Shown piece after piece: positions 49,259 through 57,998 of a DNA stretch of 64,000 nt; positions within the stretch are counted from its first letter, which is position 1, and each line of letters starts with the position of its first letter. The stretch lies in the NCBI GenBank assembly GCA_013359225.1, contig JABWCG010000001.1:276441-340440 (forward strand), read 5' to 3'. The notes beneath the pieces were generated by a model. It was not told the DNA's origin. It was given only the letters and a program-made list of their open reading frames with translations, and searched no databases. Source of the DNA: Candidatus Buchananbacteria bacterium (GTDB taxonomy: Bacteria > Patescibacteriota > Patescibacteriia > Buchananbacterales > UBA6539). A program made the translations under genes and the position numbers.

Positions 49259-49306
49259 CAGTGGTGCGGGGCACATAACAAGTTTATTTTTAAACTTACA
49301 TACTAT

Positions 49307-50032
49307 ATGGAAATCCTAAATTATATTTGGGAATTCTATCTCTATATACCGCTATTCAACTTCTTAGTCTGGCTATACCTGACCTATTCTTGGTTTAATC
49401 TTGGTATTTCAGTCATTATTCTTACCATCCTTCTTCGGTTTGCCCTTTTGCCATTTAGCATCTTGACCGAGAAGGGGAAACTAGTCAGCATGAACTTGGG
49501 CAAGGAAGTAGCCGAGATCAAAAAAGATTTTGCCAATGACCCGGTTAAACAAAAGCAGATGATCAGGAATCTGTTAAAGAAGAAAAAGATTCGGCCGTGG
49601 GCCAAAGCCATTGTTTTAGGAGTGCAAGGTCTTGTCTTGCTCTTGCTGTATCAGGTTTTTTTGGGCGGTATTAATACCGAAGCCAAACTGCATCTTTTAT
49701 ACCCCGACATTCCGCGACCGGATTTTATCAACACCAAATTTTTATGGTTTGATATCGCTCAGCAGGACTTAGTTGCTTCAGCGCTAGTTGCTGGCTACAT
49801 TTTTGCTCAAAGCCTGATTGGCGCCTATAACCGCAAAGGTAAGCTGTCAAAAAAAGAGCAAATCTTTCTGATTTTTTTCCCGGCATTTATCTTTTTAATT
49901 CTGGCGGTGCTGCCGTCGGTTAAATCAATTTTCGTTTTGACATCATTCATTTTTTCCTCTATAATATCAATGTTTACGGCTATTATTAAAATAATGATAA
50001 CGCAGGCTAAGAAAAAGCCTCAAAGCTCATAA
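49307..50032 (+). CDS. Short YidC/Oxa1-family membrane insertase
   Basis: LGISVIILTILLRFALLP with the conserved Arg, cytoplasmic helical hairpin, several TM helices. Confidence 0.8.
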   Translation: MEILNYIWEFYLYIPLFNFLVWLYLTYSWFNLGISVIILTILLRFALLPFSILTEKGKLVSMNLGKEVAEIKKDFANDPVKQKQMIRNLLKKKKIRPWAKAIVLGVQGLVLLLLYQVFLGGINTEAKLHLLYPDIPRPDFINTKFLWFDIAQQDLVASALVAGYIFAQSLIGAYNRKGKLSKKEQIFLIFFPAFIFLILAVLPSVKSIFVLTSFIFSSIISMFTAIIKIMITQAKKKPQSS

Positions 50033-50038
50033 AACCAT

Positions 50039-50599
50039 ATGTCTGACGAAGGTTTGGATAAGCTAATGTACTCATTTGTTGTCGAAGACGTCCTGAAAGG
50101 ATTTTTTATTCACGTCCCACCAGGATATGTCGCGGCAGTATACGATTTGGGCCGGGGGGTCTTGAAAAAAATCTATAAACCGGGCCTCCATCTCAAAATC
50201 CCGTTTTGGCAAAAAGCCAAACTGTTTAATACCCAGACGCTTGAGTACGATATCAATAAAAAATTTGATGCTGATAAACCGGAGCTGCTCGGCGACCTGC
50301 CGATAACTGCCACCAGCAAAGACGGCAAAAAAATTTCAATTGAAGGCACAATTCTGATGCGGCTTGATCCGGAACAAATCCCGGAAATTTGGCAGGGGAT
50401 TGGCGAAAAATTTGTTGAAAAAATTATTCGTCCGACTATTCAAAGCCGAATGAGAATGATCGCCGCCAAATACGACCTCCACGAGATTTCCACCAGTAAG
50501 CGCGGCGATGTCGAAGTTGATTCCCGCCAAGAGCTTGAACGGATTTTATACCCGCGCGGAATCTTTGTTGAAAATGTTTTACTTAAAGAAGTCTATTAA
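50039..50599 (+). CDS. SPFH/prohibitin-domain protein
   Basis: VPPGY, PGLHLKIPFWQ, SKDG, IIRPTIQS, RGIFVENVLL. Confidence 0.85.
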   Translation: MSDEGLDKLMYSFVVEDVLKGFFIHVPPGYVAAVYDLGRGVLKKIYKPGLHLKIPFWQKAKLFNTQTLEYDINKKFDADKPELLGDLPITATSKDGKKISIEGTILMRLDPEQIPEIWQGIGEKFVEKIIRPTIQSRMRMIAAKYDLHEISTSKRGDVEVDSRQELERILYPRGIFVENVLLKEVY

Positions 50600-50612
50600 C
50601 ACTAACAGTTTC

Positions 50613-50642
50613 AAAAACCCCGGGCTCCAAGCCCGGGGTTTT
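50613..50642 (+). terminator. Intrinsic terminator
   Basis: aaaaccccgggc/gcccggggtttt. Confidence 0.75.
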
Positions 50643-50661
50643 ATCTTAAACTTAAATAAAT

Positions 50662-51276
50662 ATGAAAGAGTTAATTATTGCATCTAATAATCCGGGCAAG
50701 ATTGAAGAAATCAACAATGTTTTAAAAGGCTTGAATATTACCATTAAAACTGTTCGAGAAGCCGGCCTCACTGAAGAAGCGCTGGAAGACGGGACCACTC
50801 TTGAAGAAAATGCTCTTAAGAAAGCTCATTTCGTCGCGAAACGCCTGGGCACATGGGCGGCCGCTGACGATACTGGCCTTTGTATTGAAGCTTTGAATGG
50901 CGCACCCGGTGTTTATAGCGCTCGTTGGGCGGGTGAAGGTGCTGACGAAAAAACGATGATTGATTTTGCTTTAAATAAACTAGCCGACGTACCAGCCGGT
51001 AAGCGCCAAGCATATTTTGAAACAGTAGTTGCCCTAGTAAGCCCAACGGGGGAGCACTGGCTGTTCTCGGGTAAATTACCTGGACAGATTGCTTTTGAAG
51101 CAAAAGGTAAACTGCGGCCAAAACTACCCTATAGCATGATTTTTATTCCCGATGGATTCACTAAGACTTTTTCTGAAATGACTGATGAAGAAAAAAATTC
51201 TGTCAGCCACCGCAGTATCGCTTTTAGAAAACTCAAAGAATTCCTCAAAGAAAAAAGCCACGAGGGTGTGGCTTAA
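50662..51276 (+). CDS. rdgB: Non-canonical purine NTP pyrophosphatase (RdgB/HAM1)
   Basis: ASNNPGKIEE, ENALKKA, ADDTGL, PGVYSAR, EKNSVSHR. Confidence 0.93.
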   Translation: MKELIIASNNPGKIEEINNVLKGLNITIKTVREAGLTEEALEDGTTLEENALKKAHFVAKRLGTWAAADDTGLCIEALNGAPGVYSARWAGEGADEKTMIDFALNKLADVPAGKRQAYFETVVALVSPTGEHWLFSGKLPGQIAFEAKGKLRPKLPYSMIFIPDGFTKTFSEMTDEEKNSVSHRSIAFRKLKEFLKEKSHEGVA

Positions 51277-51283
51277 GGTAACA

Positions 51284-52306
51284 CTAGCTATAAAGAACTT
51301 CGGCGATCTCCACTGCCGTTAGCGCCGCACCACGCAACAACTGGTCGCCGCAAACCCACAGCAGAATGTCGCCATTCGGAGTCACTCGAATCCGGCCGCA
51401 TCCAACTTCTTCTCGTCCCTCCATGTTTAATGGCATGGGGTAGATGTGCGAAGCCACATCGTCCAAGACAACAACACCGAAACTTTCGCTCAGCAGTTGG
51501 CGTACTTCTCCAACAGAAGGGCTGGCGTCGACTTGAACGGTCAGCACTTCGCTGTGGCACCGGCGAACCGGAACGCGGATGCAGGTTGCGTAAAACGGCA
51601 CAGTGTCCTTGAACAGGATTTTACGGCTCTCCCAAGCGGTTTTCATTTCCTCTTTGGTGAAACCGTCCCATTCAGCTTGAGCAACGTCAATGCGTGCCAA
51701 GAGATTGCCGGCCAAAGGATACGGCGTGGAACCGGTGGAACCGCTAGACGGCGGCAGACCGTTTTGAGCCCAGTAAGAGGTCTGGGCATCAAGATCGTCA
51801 AGCGCTTGCTTGCCCGCACCCGAGGCCGCCTGATATGACGCGAGGTCAACTCGCTGAATCGACCACGCGTGGTGAATCGGCGCCAAGGGCATCAAGGCAA
51901 TTGACGTCGTACAGTTTGGGCATGCGATAAGACGCTTGCCGATCATGTCCCTCTTGTTGATTGAGGGAATAACCAACGGCACGTTGTCATCATACCGGAA
52001 AGCCGAACTAAGATCGATTATGACCGAACAGTTGTTGGCTCCCAAGATTTGAGGAATCCACTCGCGGCTGACACCAGCGCCAGCAGCCATAAACACCAGT
52101 TCCGCGTCGCGGAACAAATCAAGTTCCAGACCGGTGATAACTGTGTCACCAACCGGCGTCTTGATTGTTTCGCCAACCGAGCTGCGGCCGGCGACAACCA
52201 GGTTAAGCGGCTTAATTTCATGCCGCCCCATGGTTTCCAACAATACTCGGCCGACCATTCCTGATCCGCCAACCACGACTGTTTTTCCGATTTGCATAAT
52301 GATCAT
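51284..52306 (-). CDS. asd: Aspartate-semialdehyde dehydrogenase (start could be 52297)
   Basis: GGSGMVG, IDLSSAFR, PNCTT catalytic Cys, YQAASGAG, TKEEMK, CIRVPV, DQLLRGAA. Confidence 0.92.
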   Translation of the reverse strand: MIIMQIGKTVVVGGSGMVGRVLLETMGRHEIKPLNLVVAGRSSVGETIKTPVGDTVITGLELDLFRDAELVFMAAGAGVSREWIPQILGANNCSVIIDLSSAFRYDDNVPLVIPSINKRDMIGKRLIACPNCTTSIALMPLAPIHHAWSIQRVDLASYQAASGAGKQALDDLDAQTSYWAQNGLPPSSGSTGSTPYPLAGNLLARIDVAQAEWDGFTKEEMKTAWESRKILFKDTVPFYATCIRVPVRRCHSEVLTVQVDASPSVGEVRQLLSESFGVVVLDDVASHIYPMPLNMEGREEVGCGRIRVTPNGDILLWVCGDQLLRGAALTAVEIAEVLYS

Positions 52307-52606
52307 GCTCCCTAGGGTTGCAAAAAAGGACAAACAAATAGTAGGATTATCTTAATAAAAATCGGCCCTTTTTGTCAATTAAGTAAAACCGAATACATTT
52401 TGTATTCACTTATTTTTTTATTCAATCTAAGTTATCCACCGTTTTTTTAACTATACTTTTTAGGAGGTAATTTCCGAAAACCTTGTCAAGTTTTTTTGTG
52501 AAAAAACTGTGTATTATTTAGTACTAGATAAAACCAACAAAAACCAGCCGGGAAGCACTTGTCAATTTAATTTCCATTTGCTAAACTATTCTTACTTATC
52601 ACTTAT

Positions 52607-54283
52607 ATGGTTAGTCAAAAAAATAAAAATCGGCTTATCGCTCTAGCTATTCTCATTATGGCAGTCACAGCCATCTTTTTAGATTTCCCTGGAACATTTA
52701 AAAAGATTGGTATTCCACTGCCTGGTTTTTTAGATGTTCCATTCCGACTTGGACTTGATCTGCAGGGTGGCACTCACTTGATTTACCAAGCAGACGTTTC
52801 AAATTTACCGGAATCAGAGCGGGCAAGCGCCGTTGAAGGAGTACGCGACGTTATTGAACGCCGAGTCAATGCTTTTGGTGTTGCCGAACCAAGTATTCAA
52901 ACTACCAAAGCCGGCGATACTTGGCGAGTCATTGTAGACTTGGCCGGAGTTACCGATGTTAACCAGGCTATCAGCATGATTGGCGAAACCCCATTATTAG
53001 AATTTAAAGAAGCAAATCCAAATCCAACTATTACCTTAACACCCGAACAGCAACAGCAGCTTGATACGTTCAATCAGGAAGCAAAAACCAAGGCTGAGGG
53101 GTTGTTAGCCAAAGTCCTTGAACCGGGAGCTGATTTTGCAGAAATTGCCAAAACCAACAGCGAAGATCCGGGCAGTGCATCAAACGGTGGAGACCTGGGC
53201 TTTGTTCCTCGTGGCTTGTTCGTGCCTGAATTTGAATCAGTTTGTTTTGACAAACTCAAAGTTGGCGAAACATCGAAAGAATTGGTAAAAAGTCCTTTCG
53301 GTTACCACATCATCAGAAAAGAGGGGGAAAACGGTGCGGGTGAAGATTATACCGCCAACTGCCGCCACATTATGATTACGACCCGAACCGAAAAAGACTT
53401 TGCTGCTGGTGACGATGAGTGGCTCTACACCGGCCTCACCGGAACTCAGCTTAAACGAGCCAGCGTTGAATTTGATCCAAATACCCAGATCCCTCAGGTG
53501 TTGCTTGAATTCAACGATGAGGGTAAAAACCTTTTTGCCGAAATCACCAAAAAGAATATCGGCAAGCCGGTTGCTATTTTCTTAGACGGTGAAGCAATCA
53601 GCGTTCCGACTGTTCAAAATGCCATTACCGACGGCCGAGCTGTTATTAGCGGCAATTTTAAAATCAACGAGGCAAAATTATTGGCTCAGCGCCTTAACGC
53701 CGGCGCGTTACCGGTACCAATTCAGCTTATTTCTCAGCAAACCATCGGCGCTTCTTTAGGAAACCAGTCTGTCCAAAAAAGCCTTAACGCCGGAATCATT
53801 GGTTTGATTGCTGTTGCTTTATTCATGATTGTTTATTATCGGTTGCCGGGTATAACTGCAGTTTTAAGCTTACTGTTTTATGCAGTAATCATCTTGGCAG
53901 TTTTCAAATTAGTGCCTGTCACTTTAACGCTGTCAGGAATTGCCGGATTTATTCTCTCGCTTGGCATGGCAGTGGACGCAAACATTTTGACGTTTGAGCG
54001 ACTACGCGAAGAACTTAAAGATAAAAAAATCTTACCGATTGCCATTGATGAAGGCTTTAAACGATCATGGCCGTCCATTTTTGACGGTAACACATCAACG
54101 CTAATTACTTGTTTTATCCTAATTGCATTTACCACCAGCGTCGTCAAGGGTTTTGCCATCACTTTAGCTATCGGAATTGCCATCAATCTTTTTTCGGCAA
54201 CAGTAGTTACTAAACTGATCTTAAAATCAGTTGCCCGCCTAAAGCCGTTTGGCTCACTGTGGCTGTATGGCGTCAAGAAATAA
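52607..54283 (+). CDS. secD: Protein translocase SecD with an inserted parvulin domain
   Basis: LGLDLQGG, ERRVNAFGVAEP, LNAGALP, IGASLG, GMAVDANIL.FER.REE; internal GGDLGF..PFGYHII. Confidence 0.95.
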   Translation: MVSQKNKNRLIALAILIMAVTAIFLDFPGTFKKIGIPLPGFLDVPFRLGLDLQGGTHLIYQADVSNLPESERASAVEGVRDVIERRVNAFGVAEPSIQTTKAGDTWRVIVDLAGVTDVNQAISMIGETPLLEFKEANPNPTITLTPEQQQQLDTFNQEAKTKAEGLLAKVLEPGADFAEIAKTNSEDPGSASNGGDLGFVPRGLFVPEFESVCFDKLKVGETSKELVKSPFGYHIIRKEGENGAGEDYTANCRHIMITTRTEKDFAAGDDEWLYTGLTGTQLKRASVEFDPNTQIPQVLLEFNDEGKNLFAEITKKNIGKPVAIFLDGEAISVPTVQNAITDGRAVISGNFKINEAKLLAQRLNAGALPVPIQLISQQTIGASLGNQSVQKSLNAGIIGLIAVALFMIVYYRLPGITAVLSLLFYAVIILAVFKLVPVTLTLSGIAGFILSLGMAVDANILTFERLREELKDKKILPIAIDEGFKRSWPSIFDGNTSTLITCFILIAFTTSVVKGFAITLAIGIAINLFSATVVTKLILKSVARLKPFGSLWLYGVKK

Positions 54284-54287
54284 TTTT

Positions 54288-55232
54288 ATGATTATCAAAT
54301 ATCGAAAAATCTGGTTTTTCCTCTCTGGCACGGCGGTACTTGCCAGCATTCTTGCCTTTGCCATCGTCGGCTTAAAGTGGGGAATTGACTTTACTGGCGG
54401 CAGCTTAGTTGAAGTAGAATTTTCCGTTACCCGCCCATCAAACGACGCAGTCAACCAAGTCCTGACATCTGTAGGTATTGATAATGCCACCATCCAGCCG
54501 GTTGAAGACACCAAAATGGTTATGCGATTTAAAGAAATCGATGAAGCCACCCACCAAAAATTGCTGACGGCCCTAGAAGATAAATTCAAACCTGAATTAA
54601 ATCTTGAAGGTGCTGCCGAGGCGGGGATTGTGGTTGATACTAAAAATGCCGTTCAGGAAACTAGATTTGATTCTATCGGACCAAGTCTCGGACAAGAACT
54701 TAAAGAAAAAACCGTTTGGGCGATTATTATTGCGCTTATTGCCATCATCAGTTACGTTGCCTGGGCTTTCCGTAAAGTCTCAAAGCCGATTGCTTCCTGG
54801 AAATATGGCCTCATCGCCATCCTTGCCTTGTTTCACGATATTATTATTACCATCGGCGTTTTCACTTTATTGGGAAAATTCTACGGCCTAGAAGTCAACG
54901 CGCCGTTTGTCGCCGCCTTACTTACCATTCTTGGTTATTCAGTTAACGACACCATTGTGGTGTTTGACCGAACCAGAGAAAACTTAGTCAGACGCATTGG
55001 CGAAAATTTTGCCCAAATTGTTCAGGAAAGCCTTAACGAAGTCATTGTCCGATCAATCAACGCCTCCTTTACCGTGTTGATAGTATTATTCGCCATTTTG
55101 TTAATTGGTGGCTCAACACTGCGAGATTTCACCCTAGCCTTGATTATTGGCGTAGCCGTTGGATCATATTCTTCAATTTTCTTAGCCAGCCCGTTACTGG
55201 TAGTCTGGGAAAAATGGATGTCCAAAAAGTAA
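54288..55232 (+). CDS. secF: Protein translocase SecF
   Basis: GIDFTGG, IGPSLG.EL, HDIII, GYSVNDTIVVFDRTRE, GSYSSIFLA. Confidence 0.95.
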   Translation: MIIKYRKIWFFLSGTAVLASILAFAIVGLKWGIDFTGGSLVEVEFSVTRPSNDAVNQVLTSVGIDNATIQPVEDTKMVMRFKEIDEATHQKLLTALEDKFKPELNLEGAAEAGIVVDTKNAVQETRFDSIGPSLGQELKEKTVWAIIIALIAIISYVAWAFRKVSKPIASWKYGLIAILALFHDIIITIGVFTLLGKFYGLEVNAPFVAALLTILGYSVNDTIVVFDRTRENLVRRIGENFAQIVQESLNEVIVRSINASFTVLIVLFAILLIGGSTLRDFTLALIIGVAVGSYSSIFLASPLLVVWEKWMSKK

Positions 55233-55254
55233 ACTGTTAATTTTGTAGTATTAT

Positions 55255-55281
55255 AAAAAATCCGGGCAAATCCCGGATTTT
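55255..55281 (+). terminator. secDF terminator
   Basis: aaaaatccggg/cccggatttt. Confidence 0.7.
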
Positions 55282-55454
55282 TAAATAACTAAAATTAAAA
55301 TAGAAAAATAATTTATCAGTCAAGACTTGACGATATTTATGTTTTATGATATACTAAAAACAATTTAAAAAAAGTGATTTATTACATTAACTGATAAACC
55401 AATAATTTTAGCTTAATTTAGCAAAATTTAAAACAGATTTCACTAACTAACCCT

Positions 55455-56603
55455 ATGACAGGTCAAAACTCAATTCTAGATAAAATCATCGAAAGTCAGG
55501 AAAAACAGCAAGCCGCTTCATTTAATTTAAGCGAATTGGTAAACAGCCTACTTAAGAACTTATCAAGCAAAGAAAGCGACATTTTAAGCCGCCGTTTTGG
55601 CTTAATGGGGCGAGAAAAAGAAACTTTAGAGCAAATTGGAAAATATTACAACATTACTCGGGAACGAATTCGTCAAATTGAGACTGCTACTATTAAAAAA
55701 TTAGCTGAACTAAAAGAACTAAAGGGGGAAGTAGACAGCGCCTCACAGTATGTTACTCATCTATTAGAAAATCATGGCGGTGTTATGGAAGAAAAATTCC
55801 TGCTTGATAAAATCAGCCAGTCAGCTGCCGACGAACAGCACCAGCGCTCAAGCCAGTTTATCTTAAATCATTTATTGCGGGATAAAATTGAAGGTGTCAA
55901 GCCAGACGCTGATGTTTTGCCGGGCTATAAGCTCCCGGTTGTTTCTTTGGATGTTGTTAAGGCCGCCATTAAAGAGCTGGTAGAAATGATTGATCAGCAA
56001 AAAAAGCTTCTTACTAGCGAAGAAATTTTAGACAGTTTCCGCAACTCCAACTTTTATTTGTCAAACAAAGACCAAATTACCGCCCTTAAACTTGGCACTC
56101 TTGAAGAAAATGAGGATATCGACAACATTATTCACTCGTTCTTGAGAATTGCCAAACGAGTTGACCAAAATATTTTGGGCGAGTGGGGATTGAACAACTG
56201 GAATACCGTCAAACCAAAGCGCATGAGCGACAAGGTGTATCTTGTTTTGAAGAAGCACGGTAAACCGCTCCATTTCACTGACATTACCAACCTGATTAAC
56301 CAGGAAAAATTTGACAAAAAAATTGCATACCCAGCCACTATTCACAATGAATTAATCCTGGACGACCGTTATGTTCTAGTCGGCCGCGGTATTTATGCAC
56401 TACAAGAATGGGGCTACAAACCGGGCACCGTTATTGATACGATTATTGAAATTTTGACCAAAGCCGGTAAACCAATGACCAAAGAAGAAATCGTCAAAGC
56501 CGTCTTAGACCAAAGAATGGTTCGAAAAAGCACCATCTATCTTGCTTTAACCAATAAAGACAAGATCAAAAAACTCCCTGATGGTCGCTATACCATCAAC
56601 TAA
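55455..56603 (+). CDS. Sigma70 region-4 HTH plus C-terminal winged-HTH (RNAP-delta/HARE-HTH-like) protein
   Basis: RRFGL..KETLEQIG..YNITRERIRQIE; GKPLHF..I...TIHNELI..RYVLVGRGIYAL.EWG. Confidence 0.8.
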   Translation: MTGQNSILDKIIESQEKQQAASFNLSELVNSLLKNLSSKESDILSRRFGLMGREKETLEQIGKYYNITRERIRQIETATIKKLAELKELKGEVDSASQYVTHLLENHGGVMEEKFLLDKISQSAADEQHQRSSQFILNHLLRDKIEGVKPDADVLPGYKLPVVSLDVVKAAIKELVEMIDQQKKLLTSEEILDSFRNSNFYLSNKDQITALKLGTLEENEDIDNIIHSFLRIAKRVDQNILGEWGLNNWNTVKPKRMSDKVYLVLKKHGKPLHFTDITNLINQEKFDKKIAYPATIHNELILDDRYVLVGRGIYALQEWGYKPGTVIDTIIEILTKAGKPMTKEEIVKAVLDQRMVRKSTIYLALTNKDKIKKLPDGRYTIN

Positions 56604-56646
56604 ATTTCTGGTAAAATAAAACCAAAAGAAAAAAATAATTAAGTTT

Positions 56647-57993
56647 ATGGAAATTGACTTAACTGGGGTTCCAATTAATAACCCAATTGCTTTTGCCTGG
56701 TGGTTTTTTAGGGCTGTTGGTTGGATATACCCGGTTTTTTTGTTTTGTTATGGTTTAATTTTGGCCTACCAAAATTGGCTTCGCAATAACTACCGCAAAC
56801 AACGAAAATACATTCTGCTGGCAATTGACATCCCAAAAAATAATGAACAAACACCCCGGGCGGTTGAAAACATTTTTTCCCACTTGTCTGGAGCTCATCA
56901 GCCTTTAAAATGGTACCAGAACTGGTGGACTGGCGAAATCAAAGACAGCTTTAGTTTTGAAATTGTCAGTATCGGCGGCTATATTCAATTTATCGTTCAC
57001 TTAGTCGACAAATACCGCGATTTAGTGGAAGCGGTAATTTATGCCCAATACCCCGACGCTGAAATCACCGAGATTGAAGATTACACCAAACATTGGAACA
57101 TTAAATTCCCTAATGACAAATATAATCTCCTTGGTTCTGAAATTGTCTTAGCAAAAAATCAATATTACCCGATTATTACTTACAAAGAGTTTGAGGATTC
57201 GGTCGCCGGTGACATTAAAGACCCGATGGCTTCAATCCTTGAGGCCATGACCAGGATCGGACCTGGTGAAGAAATGTGGCTGCAGTACGTAATTACGCCA
57301 GCCGATAATGACTGGGGCGAAGGCGCTAATTCCTTAATGGAAAAATTAAAAGGCGCCAAGGTTGAACACAAAAAAACCATTCTTGATTATCTTTTTGATA
57401 TTCCCAATTTTATTTTGGAAGGACTTAACCCCGCTCCAGCAAGTGATTCCGGCGGCGCGGCGGCTCCGCCAAACCAGATAATCTATCTAACCCAGGGAGA
57501 AAAAGATACTATCGGCGCCATTGAACACAAAACCGGTAAAATCGGTTTTCATGCCCGGATCAGATTTATTTATATCGCCGAAAAAAGGCTTTACACGCCA
57601 GCTCGCGGTTCAAGCGGGCTGTATGGAGCATTTAAACAATTCAACGATCTTGGCTTAAATTCGCTCAAACCGGATGCTAAAACCTACACCGGCGGTATTG
57701 TTTTTTTCAAACAGCGTCGCTTAATCAGCCGACGTAACCGTATTTTGTATCGCTATAAAAGCCGCGGTCACTGGCTAAGCCCCGGGGACTACGGTAAAAT
57801 TCTTAATACTGAAGAATTAGCCAGCTTATGGCACTTCCCATTGTTAACCGTCAAAGCACCGTTAGTTAAGAAAACCGAAGCCAAGCGATCCGAAGCGCCA
57901 ATTGGGTTGCCGGTTGAAACACGCATCCCACACGTGCGTCCTGATGACCCAAGTCTTAAATCTGAACCACCCAGGAATCTTCCAACTGCTTAA
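56647..57993 (+). CDS. Membrane-anchored hypothetical protein, partner of the downstream ATPase
   Basis: N-terminal TM; FSFEIVS, AQYPDAEITE, ILNTEELASLWHFP; 5 nt from the next gene. Confidence 0.75.
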   Translation: MEIDLTGVPINNPIAFAWWFFRAVGWIYPVFLFCYGLILAYQNWLRNNYRKQRKYILLAIDIPKNNEQTPRAVENIFSHLSGAHQPLKWYQNWWTGEIKDSFSFEIVSIGGYIQFIVHLVDKYRDLVEAVIYAQYPDAEITEIEDYTKHWNIKFPNDKYNLLGSEIVLAKNQYYPIITYKEFEDSVAGDIKDPMASILEAMTRIGPGEEMWLQYVITPADNDWGEGANSLMEKLKGAKVEHKKTILDYLFDIPNFILEGLNPAPASDSGGAAAPPNQIIYLTQGEKDTIGAIEHKTGKIGFHARIRFIYIAEKRLYTPARGSSGLYGAFKQFNDLGLNSLKPDAKTYTGGIVFFKQRRLISRRNRILYRYKSRGHWLSPGDYGKILNTEELASLWHFPLLTVKAPLVKKTEAKRSEAPIGLPVETRIPHVRPDDPSLKSEPPRNLPTA

Positions 57994-57998
57994 CCAAT

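Noticed and set aside
51288-52355. Multiple overlapping ORFs around asd
   Set aside because: Shadow frames caused by higher GC; only the Asd frame has family motifs
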